DNA of 63,222 nt, filler included, from Stramenopiles sp. TOSAG23-6 (GCA_900128565.1; 2 parts of 2 records of this genome joined end to end with filler, not necessarily neighbours in it); one strand, 5' to 3'; positions 21,518 through 33,536 are shown, counted from the whole stretch's first letter. The notes: generated by a model not told the origin, from the sequence alone. Program-made: numbers and translations.

Positions 21518-21786
21518 TTTTTTGTTCAATAAATATTGTAAAAAATACAATTTTTTTTAGTTTTACAACATGCTCTTCGTTTTTGTGAGTTATATACAGA
21601 GTTACAGATTATGTTAGGGTTAGGGTTTGCTTTTTTCAAGATGACTCTAGCGCTAGTCAGAATAATGTTCTTTTTCACAATATAAATTGGAGATTCTTCA
21701 CTTCACTTCCTTGAACTTGAATAAATAAACCTGTTGTATAAAGTTGATACAAAGAGAGGACGCGGTCTTTGATATTACAGTAATCA

Positions 21787-23161
21787 ATGGTGTATCCTTT
21801 ATATGGGCGTGAACTTTCATCCGTTGTAATTGAACTCGGAAGTGCGTATCTAAAATGTGGTTTCTCTGGAGATTCTGCTCCAAGTCATATAATTCCATGT
21901 CCGGAAATGCACCAACTATTATTGCAGTGGCCTCCACCTTCACCCAGTGAATGGCAAACATATATCAGTGATTTATTATCAAATGTATTTTTTACCAAGT
22001 TACTAGCTAAACCGACAAAAAGAAGCGTTATAATTTGTGAAACATATTTTACCCCAACAATTGTACAAAAAGCTGTTGCTTTTGCGTTATTTGATCATCT
22101 CCGGGTACCAAAAGTTCGATTTATAAAGACAAGTTTGGCTGCACTCTACACGACTGGTAATTTGACTGGAATTGTAATAGACTGTGGTTATTCTGAAAGT
22201 CGCATTGTTGCAGTTTATTCAGGTAAGTTAATACCCGGTGCTCAACGTGTTGTAAAGACTGGTACTTTGGCCGTTCATGAGAAACTAAAAACTGCTTTAT
22301 TTCCAAATGATTCCATTGAATTAGCATCTACTGAGTGTATTTCTCACTCAACTACTAATATGTCATTTTCTGGGATATTGGAAGATATAGCACCCCGATG
22401 TTGTTATGTATCACCCGAAGAAGACAAAAATCAAAATGAAGATTCTGAAGATGGGCCTGATATAAAATACAGTTTACCTATGAATTTTTCTACTTTAGTC
22501 AAAAATGATATTAAAAGTGAAAATAATAGAATTAATATTGAAACAAATAATGCCACTTGTGATAATAGTTGTAGTATTCATATTCCGTATAAAGTGTATA
22601 CAAAAGTCACTGATACATTATTTTATAGTAATGAAAACAACGAATACTCTTTCGCTGAAACATTTTTAGATATTTTGTACGTTTTTATCATTAATTTCAA
22701 TTTTGTTTCATACGAAATTTTGTACCTAACGAAATTTTTTTTCAAAAAAAAAAAAATATTTTTCACAATACTTACGTGCCTGTCCAAACGACCTCCGAAG
22801 AGTTATTGTACAAAATGTTGTAGTTATTGGTGGGACTGCATCATATGATGGTTTTAATGAGAGATTAAAGAATTCAATATTAAACTATGCAAAAAAGTTG
22901 GAAGATTTAGGAGAAAAAACATATAAAAATAGTTTTTATTTTTCATCTTTGAAAGTTATGAAAAATTACCTTAAAATAACACCTCAGATATTTTCACCTA
23001 ATATTACAGCATGGGTTGGTTGTTCATTAATGGGAATTAATGTATCAGTACCAGAATCAAAAATTGATGTATATGATGAATTTTGTGATGATGAATCAAA
23101 TTTTATGACAATTTCAGACTTTTATTCACAAGGAATTCAAGATGAATTTCAAATTGAGTAG
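21787..23161 (+). CDS. ACTR10: Actin-related protein (Arp10/Arp11 dynactin-like); exons 21787-22676 and 22774-23161
   Basis: VVIELGSAYLKCGFSGDSAP, GIVIDCGYSESR; after splicing, FLDILRACPNDLRRVIVQNVVVIGGTAS and AWVGCSL. Confidence 0.8.
22677..22773 (+). mobile_element. Introner-family intron, GT-TT (97 nt), TT direct repeat
   Basis: ATT TT|GTACGTTTTTATC...TTTTGTACCTAAC...TTTTCACAATACTT|A CGT GCC TGT CCA. No AG occurs inside. Confidence 0.82.
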
Positions 23162-23337
23162 TAGAATTTTAGTTATTTTTTATATTTTATCATATAAAAA
23201 AAGAAGTAGAAATATCCAATCGAAATTCATATGAAAATTTTAATCCCTCTACATTTAATGATTTAAACCTAAATATAACCATATAACCCTAATCTACTAT
23301 TCTATCTGAAAAAATATAAACTCCATACTACTTTGCT

Positions 23338-24480
23338 CTAACTAGCCTTTTTTAAATTTTTATTATATTTTCTTTTAGGTTGTACTTTTTGTGCTTCTTT
23401 TGCTTCATGTTTTGTAAAAACTTTTCCAATTGCCTTTACAAAACTAGCATAAACATACTGAGCATTAAACTGCATATCATGCCAATAATTTACAGCAATT
23501 GTTGCTTCATTTTTAGACTGTGCAACACGGTGATACCACATTGCAGGTAAATATAAAATTTCTCCAGCCATTAATCGACATTCTAGAGCCATAACTGATC
23601 CTTGACTTGACATGGGAAATTTCTTTTCTTGTGCAGCATGACATTGTTTTTTTGGACGATTTGGATAATGTAAGTAATCAGGGTGAGGATCAACTGAACA
23701 CCATGGTACTTTTTCACCATTCTCTAAAACTATTTTCCAACATAACTCTGATTTGTCATAGTGATACCTAGCAGGTGAATATTTCTTTTCATATAAAAAT
23801 GGTGCAGCAGCAGGTGGTAATAATATAAAATCCTTATATCCTTTAATTACACAATATAAATTTTCATAATGATCTGCATGTACTGAAGTTGTAGCACGAC
23901 AATCTCCTACCCAAAGATTTACTGCATCAGGTGGTGTACCAAATGCTTTTGTTGCCCAAGATATATTATCAGGAACATCGCTAGATATTTCAGGAAATTC
24001 AGTGCGCAGAGAGTCATTTTGATATGATAAATATGGTATATTTGAGCAATTTTGTTTAGACTCTAGTAAATTTGCAAAATCTGTAAAATTCATTTCTCTT
24101 TCTTCTGGTTTTATAAATACGTATTCGTTCTCAACATTTGTTTCTATATTATGATTCAAAGAGCTACTATCAGATTCACTTTCAACGGCATATTTAGAAG
24201 TGGGAACATGGAGAACTGCATCACCAAGACCATTGGGTGTGACATTTACATTCACGTTTCTATTGCCAGTACTTGTTTTTAAATATTCCAACGACCACCG
24301 ATTGTATGCGTCCCAACCTGACACAACTCCTTGAATAATGACTGGAGTACTGGTTGCAACAAATCTCATAAATTCTAAAGCAGTTGGTTCGCGAATTCTC
24401 TGGATTTGACGAGGAGTCCAGAGAGCTCCGGTTTCAGAAGCAAGCTCACACAGTGCATGTCGTATATCTTCATTAAGCAT
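23338..24480 (-). CDS. JMJD7: JmjC-domain hydroxylase, JMJD7-like
   Basis: VNVTPNGLGDAV, PDAVNLWVGD, TSVHADHYENLYCV, LYLPAMWYHRV, IAVNYWHDM. Confidence 0.88.
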   Translation of the reverse strand: MLNEDIRHALCELASETGALWTPRQIQRIREPTALEFMRFVATSTPVIIQGVVSGWDAYNRWSLEYLKTSTGNRNVNVNVTPNGLGDAVLHVPTSKYAVESESDSSSLNHNIETNVENEYVFIKPEEREMNFTDFANLLESKQNCSNIPYLSYQNDSLRTEFPEISSDVPDNISWATKAFGTPPDAVNLWVGDCRATTSVHADHYENLYCVIKGYKDFILLPPAAAPFLYEKKYSPARYHYDKSELCWKIVLENGEKVPWCSVDPHPDYLHYPNRPKKQCHAAQEKKFPMSSQGSVMALECRLMAGEILYLPAMWYHRVAQSKNEATIAVNYWHDMQFNAQYVYASFVKAIGKVFTKHEAKEAQKVQPKRKYNKNLKKAS

Positions 24481-24851
24481 TTCAGTGTGAACGATATACT
24501 AGTATACAAAGATGAAGCTACCGTAGTCTTTTTGTGTTGTTTGGTAGTAATGGTCAAAATTGATTGACAAAAAACAAAAAAAAGAGTCAGCAATGATTTT
24601 GATTCAATAAGGCGATTAAGATCCTGAGGTACCTGTAGTCAATTCAACCTTGATTCGAATTATCTATTTTAATTCAATTGTGTGAATAACTGAAACAAAA
24701 CTATCGAAACAGAGTATATACTATATAGCTGTATAAGCAAGATAGAAAATATTCAGTGTCTTTCTACCATTTACGAAGCTTCTTTGACTTATTTTCAGAC
24801 CCAACACTTTGGCGTGTTTCAACTAATCTTATTTCTTTCAAATTGTACAAA

Positions 24852-26681
24852 ATGCTGAGTCGTTTTGCTTCATCAGTTTGGATTGAAAAATGTTTTCACC
24901 GTATTAAAGCACGTCAACTTTCTATTTCTAGTGCTCAAGTAACATTTGGAAAATTATTGAAAGGCAAGGGCTCTTCGTTTTCACCATTTACAGCAAGACT
25001 TAAGAAATTGAAAATTCAAGAACCATCTGAAATACAAAAACTTGCAATACCTCAAATACTCCGCGGTCCAGGTCACGATTTTGCTTTACAGGCACCTACT
25101 GGTACTGGGAAAACATTGACATATTTGTTGCCAGTACTTGCAAAAATTGATCCAACTAAAAGACACATTCAAGCTATTATTATTGCTCCTACAAGAGAAC
25201 TTGTTATACAAATTCATCGTGTTGCAAAAACTGTGGGTGTATATCGTAATAAAAAAGGAAACGGTATAAAAGTAGAGAAATTTACAGGACAAACGTCAAA
25301 AGCACAGTTGCATATAAAACATCACAAACTTGATCAAACACCTCCGCATATTCTAATATGTACACCTCAAGTTCTTCATAAACTTTTACAATATGGACCT
25401 ACCAAGAAATCTTTAGGTTTGCCACGTGTTAATAATATAATTTTTGATGAAATTGAAGCTTTGTTACAACCCACCACACGCCAAATTCTTTTTGATATTG
25501 TTCATTCAGGCCCAAAAAATCCTTTGGACCAACAACGTATTTATGTTTCTGCTACGATGCCATCAGAAGTGCTTACTGGTGTAGCACCTTGTATACGAAA
25601 AGATCAAATACTAAAAGAAAAAATTGCACCCACTCTACTTTCAGTGGATACAAGTAAAGGACAGTTACCACGTGGCACTTCACACCGTATATTACTTTGT
25701 AGTGGGAAACCTAGTTTTAAAAGTCGTTCGGCTGCTTTACAAAGATGGCTTAAAGACGATAGAAATAAAAGAAGGAAATTTTTTGAAAGAAAACGAGAAG
25801 CAAGTCGACAATTCAAAAGTGCAAAAGTTTCTCGGAAACATGCCGAAAATGCTTCAAAACAACAAAATGTAGATATAAGAGTCATTTGTAATACTTTTCC
25901 TATTGATTATGATAATACTAAAGTGATTACAACAAATGATGAATTCATTCTAGCACATCATAGAATTATTACAGCTGAGAAAGCTAAATTAGAAACTCAA
26001 ATTTCAAACTCAAATTCTGGCAATGATCATTTTATCAACAAAGACATTTGGGAAAAGCGAAGAGGTACACTTATATTTGCAAACAGTGGAAAAGAAGTAC
26101 GTAATATTCAGAATATACTTTATAAGGGTGGTGAAAAAAAACCACTTGCTATTGATGGCTTGAAAGGCAATTCTGGTATTGTACCAAATTTATTACCTGA
26201 ACAATTACAAACATCTTGTGTAGGACACAGTAGAGATGTTTCTGAAAAATGGAATAAGATAGCAACAGAGGATGTAGAGAATAATACAAACAAAACATTC
26301 TTGAAAACCAAATCATTAAGAGCAAATGCATTAGCTTCTTTAGGTAGTAAAGCAACTACGGTAGTTATAGCTTCAGATGGTTTATCTAGGGGTATCGATA
26401 TTGAAGGGTTAACACATGTTGTGAACTTTGGTTTGCCATGGGATGGTGCTAATGGCTATATCCATCGCTCTGGTCGTGTTGGTCGAAACCCTGTTATAAA
26501 GACTACAGATTTCAATCTAGAGAAGAGTTCATCTAGTGGTAGTGAAGAAGATACTAATCATTCGGCAGTTGTTATTTCAGTCTTGACAAAAAAAGAAGCA
26601 GAAACATTAAAAAAATGGTCTATAAATGAAGGATGGAATATTGATTTTAATGTACAATTGACAAGTGAAAAAAAACTGTAA
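24852..26681 (+). CDS. DEAD-box-like RNA helicase (motif II DEIE), probably organellar
   Basis: Q motif (PSEIQ), APTGTGKT, APTREL, DEIE, SAT, SRGID, YIHRSGRVGR. Confidence 0.85.
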   Translation: MLSRFASSVWIEKCFHRIKARQLSISSAQVTFGKLLKGKGSSFSPFTARLKKLKIQEPSEIQKLAIPQILRGPGHDFALQAPTGTGKTLTYLLPVLAKIDPTKRHIQAIIIAPTRELVIQIHRVAKTVGVYRNKKGNGIKVEKFTGQTSKAQLHIKHHKLDQTPPHILICTPQVLHKLLQYGPTKKSLGLPRVNNIIFDEIEALLQPTTRQILFDIVHSGPKNPLDQQRIYVSATMPSEVLTGVAPCIRKDQILKEKIAPTLLSVDTSKGQLPRGTSHRILLCSGKPSFKSRSAALQRWLKDDRNKRRKFFERKREASRQFKSAKVSRKHAENASKQQNVDIRVICNTFPIDYDNTKVITTNDEFILAHHRIITAEKAKLETQISNSNSGNDHFINKDIWEKRRGTLIFANSGKEVRNIQNILYKGGEKKPLAIDGLKGNSGIVPNLLPEQLQTSCVGHSRDVSEKWNKIATEDVENNTNKTFLKTKSLRANALASLGSKATTVVIASDGLSRGIDIEGLTHVVNFGLPWDGANGYIHRSGRVGRNPVIKTTDFNLEKSSSSGSEEDTNHSAVVISVLTKKEAETLKKWSINEGWNIDFNVQLTSEKKL

Positions 26682-26843
26682 AAAATAAAGAAAGTTATCT
26701 CATTATGTTTCCAATATTACCACTTTTTACAATATAATAATATTACAATAAATACTTTGTGAAATCGATTATCATCAGGACAAAACATTATCAAGTTATG
26801 CCAGAAATTAATTGAAATCTATAATGAATATATATAGTATATA

Positions 26844-29800
26844 TTAAATATATTCGAAATATGCAGTTGGTATAACACCGATTTCATCAGTTCCATCAGT
26901 CGTCATTACCTGACTCCAACCATCTTCAAATTCTTCCAAAACTTTAATCATAGAATTTTGTTTCACATGTAATTGTTCATCATCATCATCCTCCTCTTGA
27001 GGTTCAAAATCAAATGACATTTTAGCATCCCTTGCAGTTTTAATTAATTCATCTAAATCAGTTTCTGAAGTAATATCAGGATTGACTGATTCATTTGAAG
27101 TAGAATTACCGACAGACTCACTTATTGAAGGTCTTTGGTTGGAAACTTCCATAGATGTCTTTTCTATATCAACGACTTTTGTAGTGCTATCTACAGTTTT
27201 GTTATTGGTATCGGATGAAACAGCTACAGCAGCAGCTTCAGCAGCAGCCTGGATCAAAGCACGCTCATACAAAATTTCAGCATCTTCGTCGGAATCTTGA
27301 TTGACAGTATCATTTTTAGAAAGATTTTGTTTTACATCTTCGTCGGAATCTTCATTGTCAGTATCATTTTTAGAAAGATCTTGTTTTACATCTTCGTTGT
27401 CAACATTGGATACTTCTTCCTTCACATCTGGTATAATCTTTTTTTCAATAGCTTTACTTTCTGGTACCTCGATTACATCAGCATTCGCTAAAGAATTTGC
27501 TGTATACAATCCACAACCATATAATGATGCAGTTATTTTAGGTTTGACTAGTTTTGCTGTTGGTGTTTTTTCAGTATCTTTAATCTTAGAATCATGTATA
27601 GGTGTCTTATCATTCGTATCTGGAGATGTACGCAAGATTGGAGCAGTAGTGAGAGAAGGTGGTCTTTTATTAGGACTAAGCCCTAACCCTCCAACACGAG
27701 ATTTTACTCTTGGAGCATCAATAGAACCTCGTCTTTTCTGTACACGTAAACGAACAGCAACAGGAGCAGAGTTATCTTCTTTAGCTTCGTCTTTTTCTGC
27801 CACTACTGGAAGACTCATTGTATCACATACTGTTTCATTTGCTTGATATGACATATTTTGAGATTTTTTACGAAATTGTTCAATTCTTCTTGTTCTTGAT
27901 GCAATCTTTTCTTTAGCTTCATGAAGATTGTCTGGATCAATTAACTTCAAAGCCTCTGCAACAATTGCAACAGGAATTGAAATTGACGCATTCGAATCTC
28001 TTGCAAGTCGTTTTCGATCAGTATCACGTGAACCTGCTTCAATGTATGCCCATGTTCCATGTATTTTGTAGAAATATTTCAAAAAAAAAACCTAAAATTT
28101 GTTAGGTACAAAATGTTTTGAAAAAAATAAATTCGAAATTGAAAAAAAGAATGAAAACATACATCTACACGAGATGTTTCTTCAAATCGAGCAGCTTCAA
28201 CGGCAGCATTAACACTTGCGGCAGGTTTCATTATAGCATCAATATCACCTGCACCAGCTGAAACACGCACACGAGTACATTCAGATAATAGTGCTGCTGC
28301 TGCTTGTTGAGCCTTTTCTGACGATTGACATGACTTATCAAACAACAAACCACCTGCAGTTCGGAGTAAAGGTTCAAAATATTGACTCCATGTTTCTTCT
28401 TCTTCAACATCTTCATCATTCGAAATTTGAGATNTTTTATTTTCATATGAATTCCTGGCCATCGACAATAAAGCAGATATAATTGTAAAACCACTTGAAG
28501 CATATGTTTCATTACTGATTGTTTCAAGTAATACCATTGCACACATTTTTGCAAGAATAGGAGTTTTTGTGAAATATTCTTGACATACTACATATGCGAT
28601 ACGTTCTAGAAATAATTGAGATGACTTTGTAGAATACTCGGAAACAGCCTCAATTAAATCGGGATGAGCATTTACACGTTTCAATGCATCTAAAAGATGT
28701 TTAATAACTTCAGTAACTTCTCTAGAATCTCTCACAACGAGTGATGTATCTTTCTGATATCGCGAACACACTTGAGAAATCATTGCAGCATCAGCTTCTG
28801 CCTTTACCTTTTGCATATATAACCAAGGTAATAGTAGTAAAAGTGGTCTAAGAACGCGTTCTCCACCAGATGAGTCGAAAAAATCAACAACAACGCCTCC
28901 CCCAGTAAGACGGATAACAACAGATCTTGCAATTGCTGCAAGTTTTGCATCTTTATGGTGTACAACATGTGTTAATAATGTCAATAATCCAGTAAATGGA
29001 GGATCCCAAGCTAAAACACCTGGTGGTGGTGAAAGATTTGAGTCAACTTTTGATAACACAGAAGCAATTGGTGACATTTCTGATGTAACAGTATTCACAA
29101 TACGAAGTCCAGAATATAATAATTCAGGAAGATTTGATTTTAGCATTGCCAAGCCAGTCCACATTAATTGAAAACAAGTTTCAGATGTTGCTGTACATTT
29201 AGGAGAAATTGATGCCTTGGAAGTACTAGAAATAAACTTCACAAGTTCTTCAGATAATACAGCTAAAGTTTCAGCCATTTCAGCAGTTTGTGCAATCAAC
29301 TCGGCCGTTTTCGGTGATGTTGCTTTAACAGATGCACTTGATGAAAGACTCAACATTCGATCTGCTAAATGTCTACATAATGTCAATGCATCATTATGAT
29401 TCATTGTTAATCCTTTTCCTAATTTCTGCAATTGATCACAATGAAGTAAAGTTCGATAAATCCAATGCGCACGTGTAGATAAATTAGAATCCCTACAAGC
29501 AAGAGCATATTCTAGAGTTTCTTTTGTAAGTGATGCAATTAAATCATGACCCTTACCTGTCGCAAAATCAACACTTGTAATAAAAGCTAAAATGAAATTA
29601 CCTAACGAATTCGTGCATTTTGATTCGTACTCCCAATTAATTGTAAATGGTCGACCAGATAAGGATAAAGACAACATTGCAACGAGAGGATTCACTTGTC
29701 CCACTAAAGCATTGTATAATTCTTCAGAATTTTCAGATGTATTTTTTGCAAAACTTGGCAATGATAATAAAACATTACGTAAAAGACTCGGAATATGAGA

Positions 29801-31685
29801 TACACCTAACGCAATCATGACATCATCAGATTGTCGTGGAGTCAATGAAACTCGTTCAGGGCTATTTGTTGCAGGCATTAGTAGCATAGAATGCAATAAA
29901 AGCAAAGGTAATACAGAACACATTGGCTCAAGTAATGTAGTACTTAATTGATGGCATAACATTACTGCGGCAGTAGAGAGGCGTTTATCATGAATTGATT
30001 TTCCATGCATCTTAATTTTATAGACTAATACATCGAGAACATTTTTGGGATCTGACAGATACACAGATCTAGATATTTCTTCTAAATGTGTACCTCCTAA
30101 AACAGAATATAAATTTACTGTTCCAGGACAATGACTTGAAGTAACAGCATTTTTTGCACGCATTGCCACTTCGGTTGTAGCTACAAGAAAATCAACAATA
30201 ATACGAGTATTTCCAGGCACAGTCGTTAAAGCTTGCCACATATTCAATGCAGCACTTAAATTATGTGTTGGCAAATTTCTTGTAATTTTGAATAATTCAA
30301 CTAAAGTTCGTTCAGCGTGAATGAAATCATATTTTGGATGTTCTGTACTAGACGAGGAAGACGTTTTTGGCAATAAGCTAATGTAATTACAAAATGGTAC
30401 GGCAATCGATGCTGTCCAAAGTAAACCACCACCCCATTCTTCTCTTTCTGCACGACATTTTCTACCATTTCGTATTACTCGACATGTGGACGATTCCAAG
30501 AGACATGTCATAAACTCACTTGTAAAACCTGCACTTTGTAAAGTATTTGCTAATTTAGATGTTATTTGATCAGCATATACTTTCAATGTCGCACTCGTTT
30601 CTTTTTCTAATTCAACCTCAATATCATCACACCATTCCAAAAAATCAATTAGAAGTTGTTTATTTCTCTTTGTAGCAGCACCGTATGATATATTATTATC
30701 TGTTGGTATTGATTGAGATAAAGATTGTTTGCCTTTAGGATCAAGACCATAACGTAAAAGACCATCAGCTACTGCAGCACCATCTTCCGCTGTACCTACT
30801 AACGACGCCATTTGTAAATCAACAATCCATTCATTACGGATTTGACTTGTTTCAGCTTTAAATATGTATTCTTTCTTTGTTTCTTTTAAACCCATTAGAG
30901 TAAAACTTGTACCACTTGCACCGTCATCCGGTCGAACATGACAACCACGAAGTAGCAATGTACCTTGAGGTGCTACATTTGTCTTATTTTTATAATACAA
31001 CAAAGTATCTCCACGTAGGACTACCCACCGTGTCTGCCAACGACGACCTCCTATACCTCCCATTTTTTTCAAGATTCCAGTACGTGAACTATGATCCACA
31101 GATTTTCTTCTTTCTGTGCGTACACTCATTCGATGATTCATTACACTAGATTGTTTAGTATCTTTGTTATTCACTGTAGTAGGATGAACAACAGATACAC
31201 GAGGTGATGTCATTGATTGACAAGGTATCAAAGCTTCTACTAAACTCATCCGTATAGCAGAAAAAGCACGACGCCGAATTGATCGATTTGGGTCTCGTAC
31301 TGCACGAATACTCAATAGAAGCATAGACATACAATCTCCTGGATTTGGAAATGGTGAAGCAGGAAGTAATTTACGTTCAATAAATTGAGATACATTATTT
31401 CTTGCAGCTCTTGCAACATCACAGTTGCGAGACCAGGTAGCTAACCTACGAAGAAATGCTTCATTTTCACGAGATATTCCTGACATTGGCACATCTTCCA
31501 AAGGCTCGGAAGCATCGGGTGGTAATAATTGATCAAATAAAGCATGCATAAAATACATTGCACCTTTTCTCGGTTGACACATCACTTCTGTATGCGCAAT
31601 GGAATAAAACTCCTCAGGATGATATGCAATAAGTGAACGTAAACAACGATGACCCCATTTTTCACCTTCAGTAAACCAACCAAGA
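26844..31685 (-). CDS. Furry/MOR2-PAG1-like protein with an inserted PH domain and a C-terminal SH3; 5' truncated; intron at ~28059-28162
   Basis: Furry-like motifs ALACRDSNLSTRAHWIYRTL and FQLMWTGLAMLKS; PH domain GILKKMGG..RRWQTRWVVL..EWIVDL; SH3 FDFEPQ..QLHVKQ..DGWSQV..GVIPTAYF. The frame is open up to the chimera. Confidence 0.75.
28059..28162 (-). mobile_element. Introner-family intron (104 nt, GT-AT; an in-frame AG alternative ends at 28092)
   Basis: GAT|GTATGTTTTCATT...TTTTGTACCTAAC...TACAAAATACAT|GGA. Confidence 0.75.
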
Positions 31686-31740
31686 GCTGAAATTTTGTAT
31701 GAGCGTGCTTTGATCCAGGCTGCTGCTGAAGCTGCTGCTG
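31686..31740 (+). other. Inverted chimeric copy of 27227-27281 at the contig end (likely amplification/assembly artefact)
   Basis: 55-nt exact reverse complement of 27227-27281. Confidence 0.85.
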
Positions 31741-31840
31741 NNNNNNNNNNNNNNNNNNNNNNNNNNNNNNNNNNNNNNNNNNNNTTAATTAATTAANNNN
31801 NNNNNNNNNNNNNNNNNNNNNNNNNNNNNNNNNNNNNNNN
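31741..31840. other. Artificial contig linker (Ns with TTAATTAATTAA)
   Basis: N-run with a central stop-in-all-frames spacer at 31785-31796. Confidence 0.95.
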
Positions 31841-31907
31841 TTTCGTACGAAATTTTGTACCTAACAAATTTTAGTTTTTTTTTTTGAAATATTTTTTCAT
31901 AATCTAT
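31841..31907 (+). mobile_element. 3' half of another introner-family intron, followed by a probable terminal exon (ISAFEEKGFVYN*, to 31947)
   Basis: TTTCGTACGAAATTTTGTACCTAAC...ATATTTTTTCATAATCTAT. The 5' part is lost in the gap, so the exact acceptor is uncertain. Confidence 0.6.
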
Positions 31908-32019
31908 GATTTCCGCTTTTGAAGAGAAAGGATTTGTTTACAACTGATATATTTATTACAAATTTTTTAATGTATTTAATAAAAATATGTACAATCTTTC
32001 CCCCAATGAAATATTTCTA

Positions 32020-33207
32020 TTACTTTTTTGGCAAACACAATCCTCCAATTGCCATGACAGTCAATATAATTGATGTTGTTACAAAGGTGTAATGAGAATT
32101 ACGCGGAAAAGATTGAGTTCCTGATGAAATATCAGAATTTTCTTTGGACTTTATTTTATCCAAAGATTTAGCTTCAGGGAGGCTCCAATTATCTTTTACT
32201 AATATTTCATCACATGATAAACCAAACCATGAATCCATTTGTGCAACTGCCATGGCATGCATTCCGGTAAAATTTTTCATATACATATCGCATAAACCAA
32301 TAATTAGACGTCTACTGAAAAATTCATATCCATAGTCAAATTTAATTGTGACCATTTTATAAGCACAACAAACTGGACCAGAGTACTCAGCATTTGGTGT
32401 AGTAGATTGTTTACACCAAGTGCCACCTTTTTTGAACGGACCTCTGCCGGTAATGGTACTTGGATGCATTAAAACTGGATCAATGTCAGGAGAGTAAAAG
32501 TGTTTTTTATTCAGAGAACAAATATCAACTGGGACAATTCTACGCTGTTTTAGAATATGCTCTGGTACATTCAGTGCGTTTGATGAGACTCCAACATCAT
32601 CAACAAATGTAGTCTGTACAACTATCTTGAATCTCTTATTTGAGAGATATTTGGATGTTACTACAGATATTAGGTGTGGATAGGAATTCCAAGATTCCTC
32701 TTGAATTATTAAAGCGTCTTTCGGTAATATCTGTTTTAACCAGAAAGGAATTCGACTCTCGATATGAAATTCTTTGACTGAATGGACGCCTTTATTTTGG
32801 GGTACTAGAATATCAGAAATTGTGGATACTAAAGGCTTTGTTTCACTGGAATTTGTGTTGTCATATGGGCAAGGTTTGCCACCTTTGGAAAAAGAAACTG
32901 CTGCTTGATTAGGATCCTCCTCTTCCATATCTGAGTTTACTTTTCGTTCATAATTTCGAGCCATCCAATATTGACCAGGCTCAAAACTTGATACATCAAA
33001 CGGTAATGGTACTCTATATTCAGTATATGATGACGCACTACCAACAGGTACATATCGGTAAGAACTCTTTAAAGTAGAAGCCGGAACCTGCTCGATTGTG
33101 AAAATACTATTCTGCTTTCTATCACTGCTTGAAAAATACAAACCAACAATAGCGATGCAACCCGCTCCCCCTGCACATGTTGCAAGTTGAAAAGCTTTGG
33201 CAACCAT
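32020..33207 (-). CDS. Phosphatidylinositol transfer protein (PITP family) with hydrophobic N- and C-termini
   Basis: TEYRVPLP, FHIESRIPFWLKQILPKDALIIQEESWNSYPH, TGRGP, VCCAYKMVTIKF, QMDSWFGLS. Confidence 0.85.
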   Translation of the reverse strand: MVAKAFQLATCAGGAGCIAIVGLYFSSSDRKQNSIFTIEQVPASTLKSSYRYVPVGSASSYTEYRVPLPFDVSSFEPGQYWMARNYERKVNSDMEEEDPNQAAVSFSKGGKPCPYDNTNSSETKPLVSTISDILVPQNKGVHSVKEFHIESRIPFWLKQILPKDALIIQEESWNSYPHLISVVTSKYLSNKRFKIVVQTTFVDDVGVSSNALNVPEHILKQRRIVPVDICSLNKKHFYSPDIDPVLMHPSTITGRGPFKKGGTWCKQSTTPNAEYSGPVCCAYKMVTIKFDYGYEFFSRRLIIGLCDMYMKNFTGMHAMAVAQMDSWFGLSCDEILVKDNWSLPEAKSLDKIKSKENSDISSGTQSFPRNSHYTFVTTSIILTVMAIGGLCLPKK

Positions 33208-33536
33208 TAGTTCTCTATTGATTCATGATAACATTAGATATTGTTTCGGGATTCATCATTTGAAGCTGCTTTGTACTAATCTAATTTGATTGAATTTTGT
33301 TCGATCTCGAAGTCAAGACAAGAGTCAGTTTGACGCAGTTTGACTCTTTGATGGTGTGAGTTTTGATATTTCGTGTTTCAAAAAAAATTGTTTCTATCCT
33401 GCGCATATCGATTGTCGGTTATTTTGTTTGTGTGTGGAGTGGTACGAGTAGAGCCAAGATACACTTTGGATACTTCGATTCTTTTCGCTTTTTCGAACAG
33501 CCTCTTATATCCTTTTACAATATCAGTCTGGAGCAC

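Noticed and set aside
31785-31796. Palindromic TTAATTAATTAA as a biological site
   Set aside because: It is embedded in Ns and is an artificial contig-joining spacer, so adjacency across it is meaningless.
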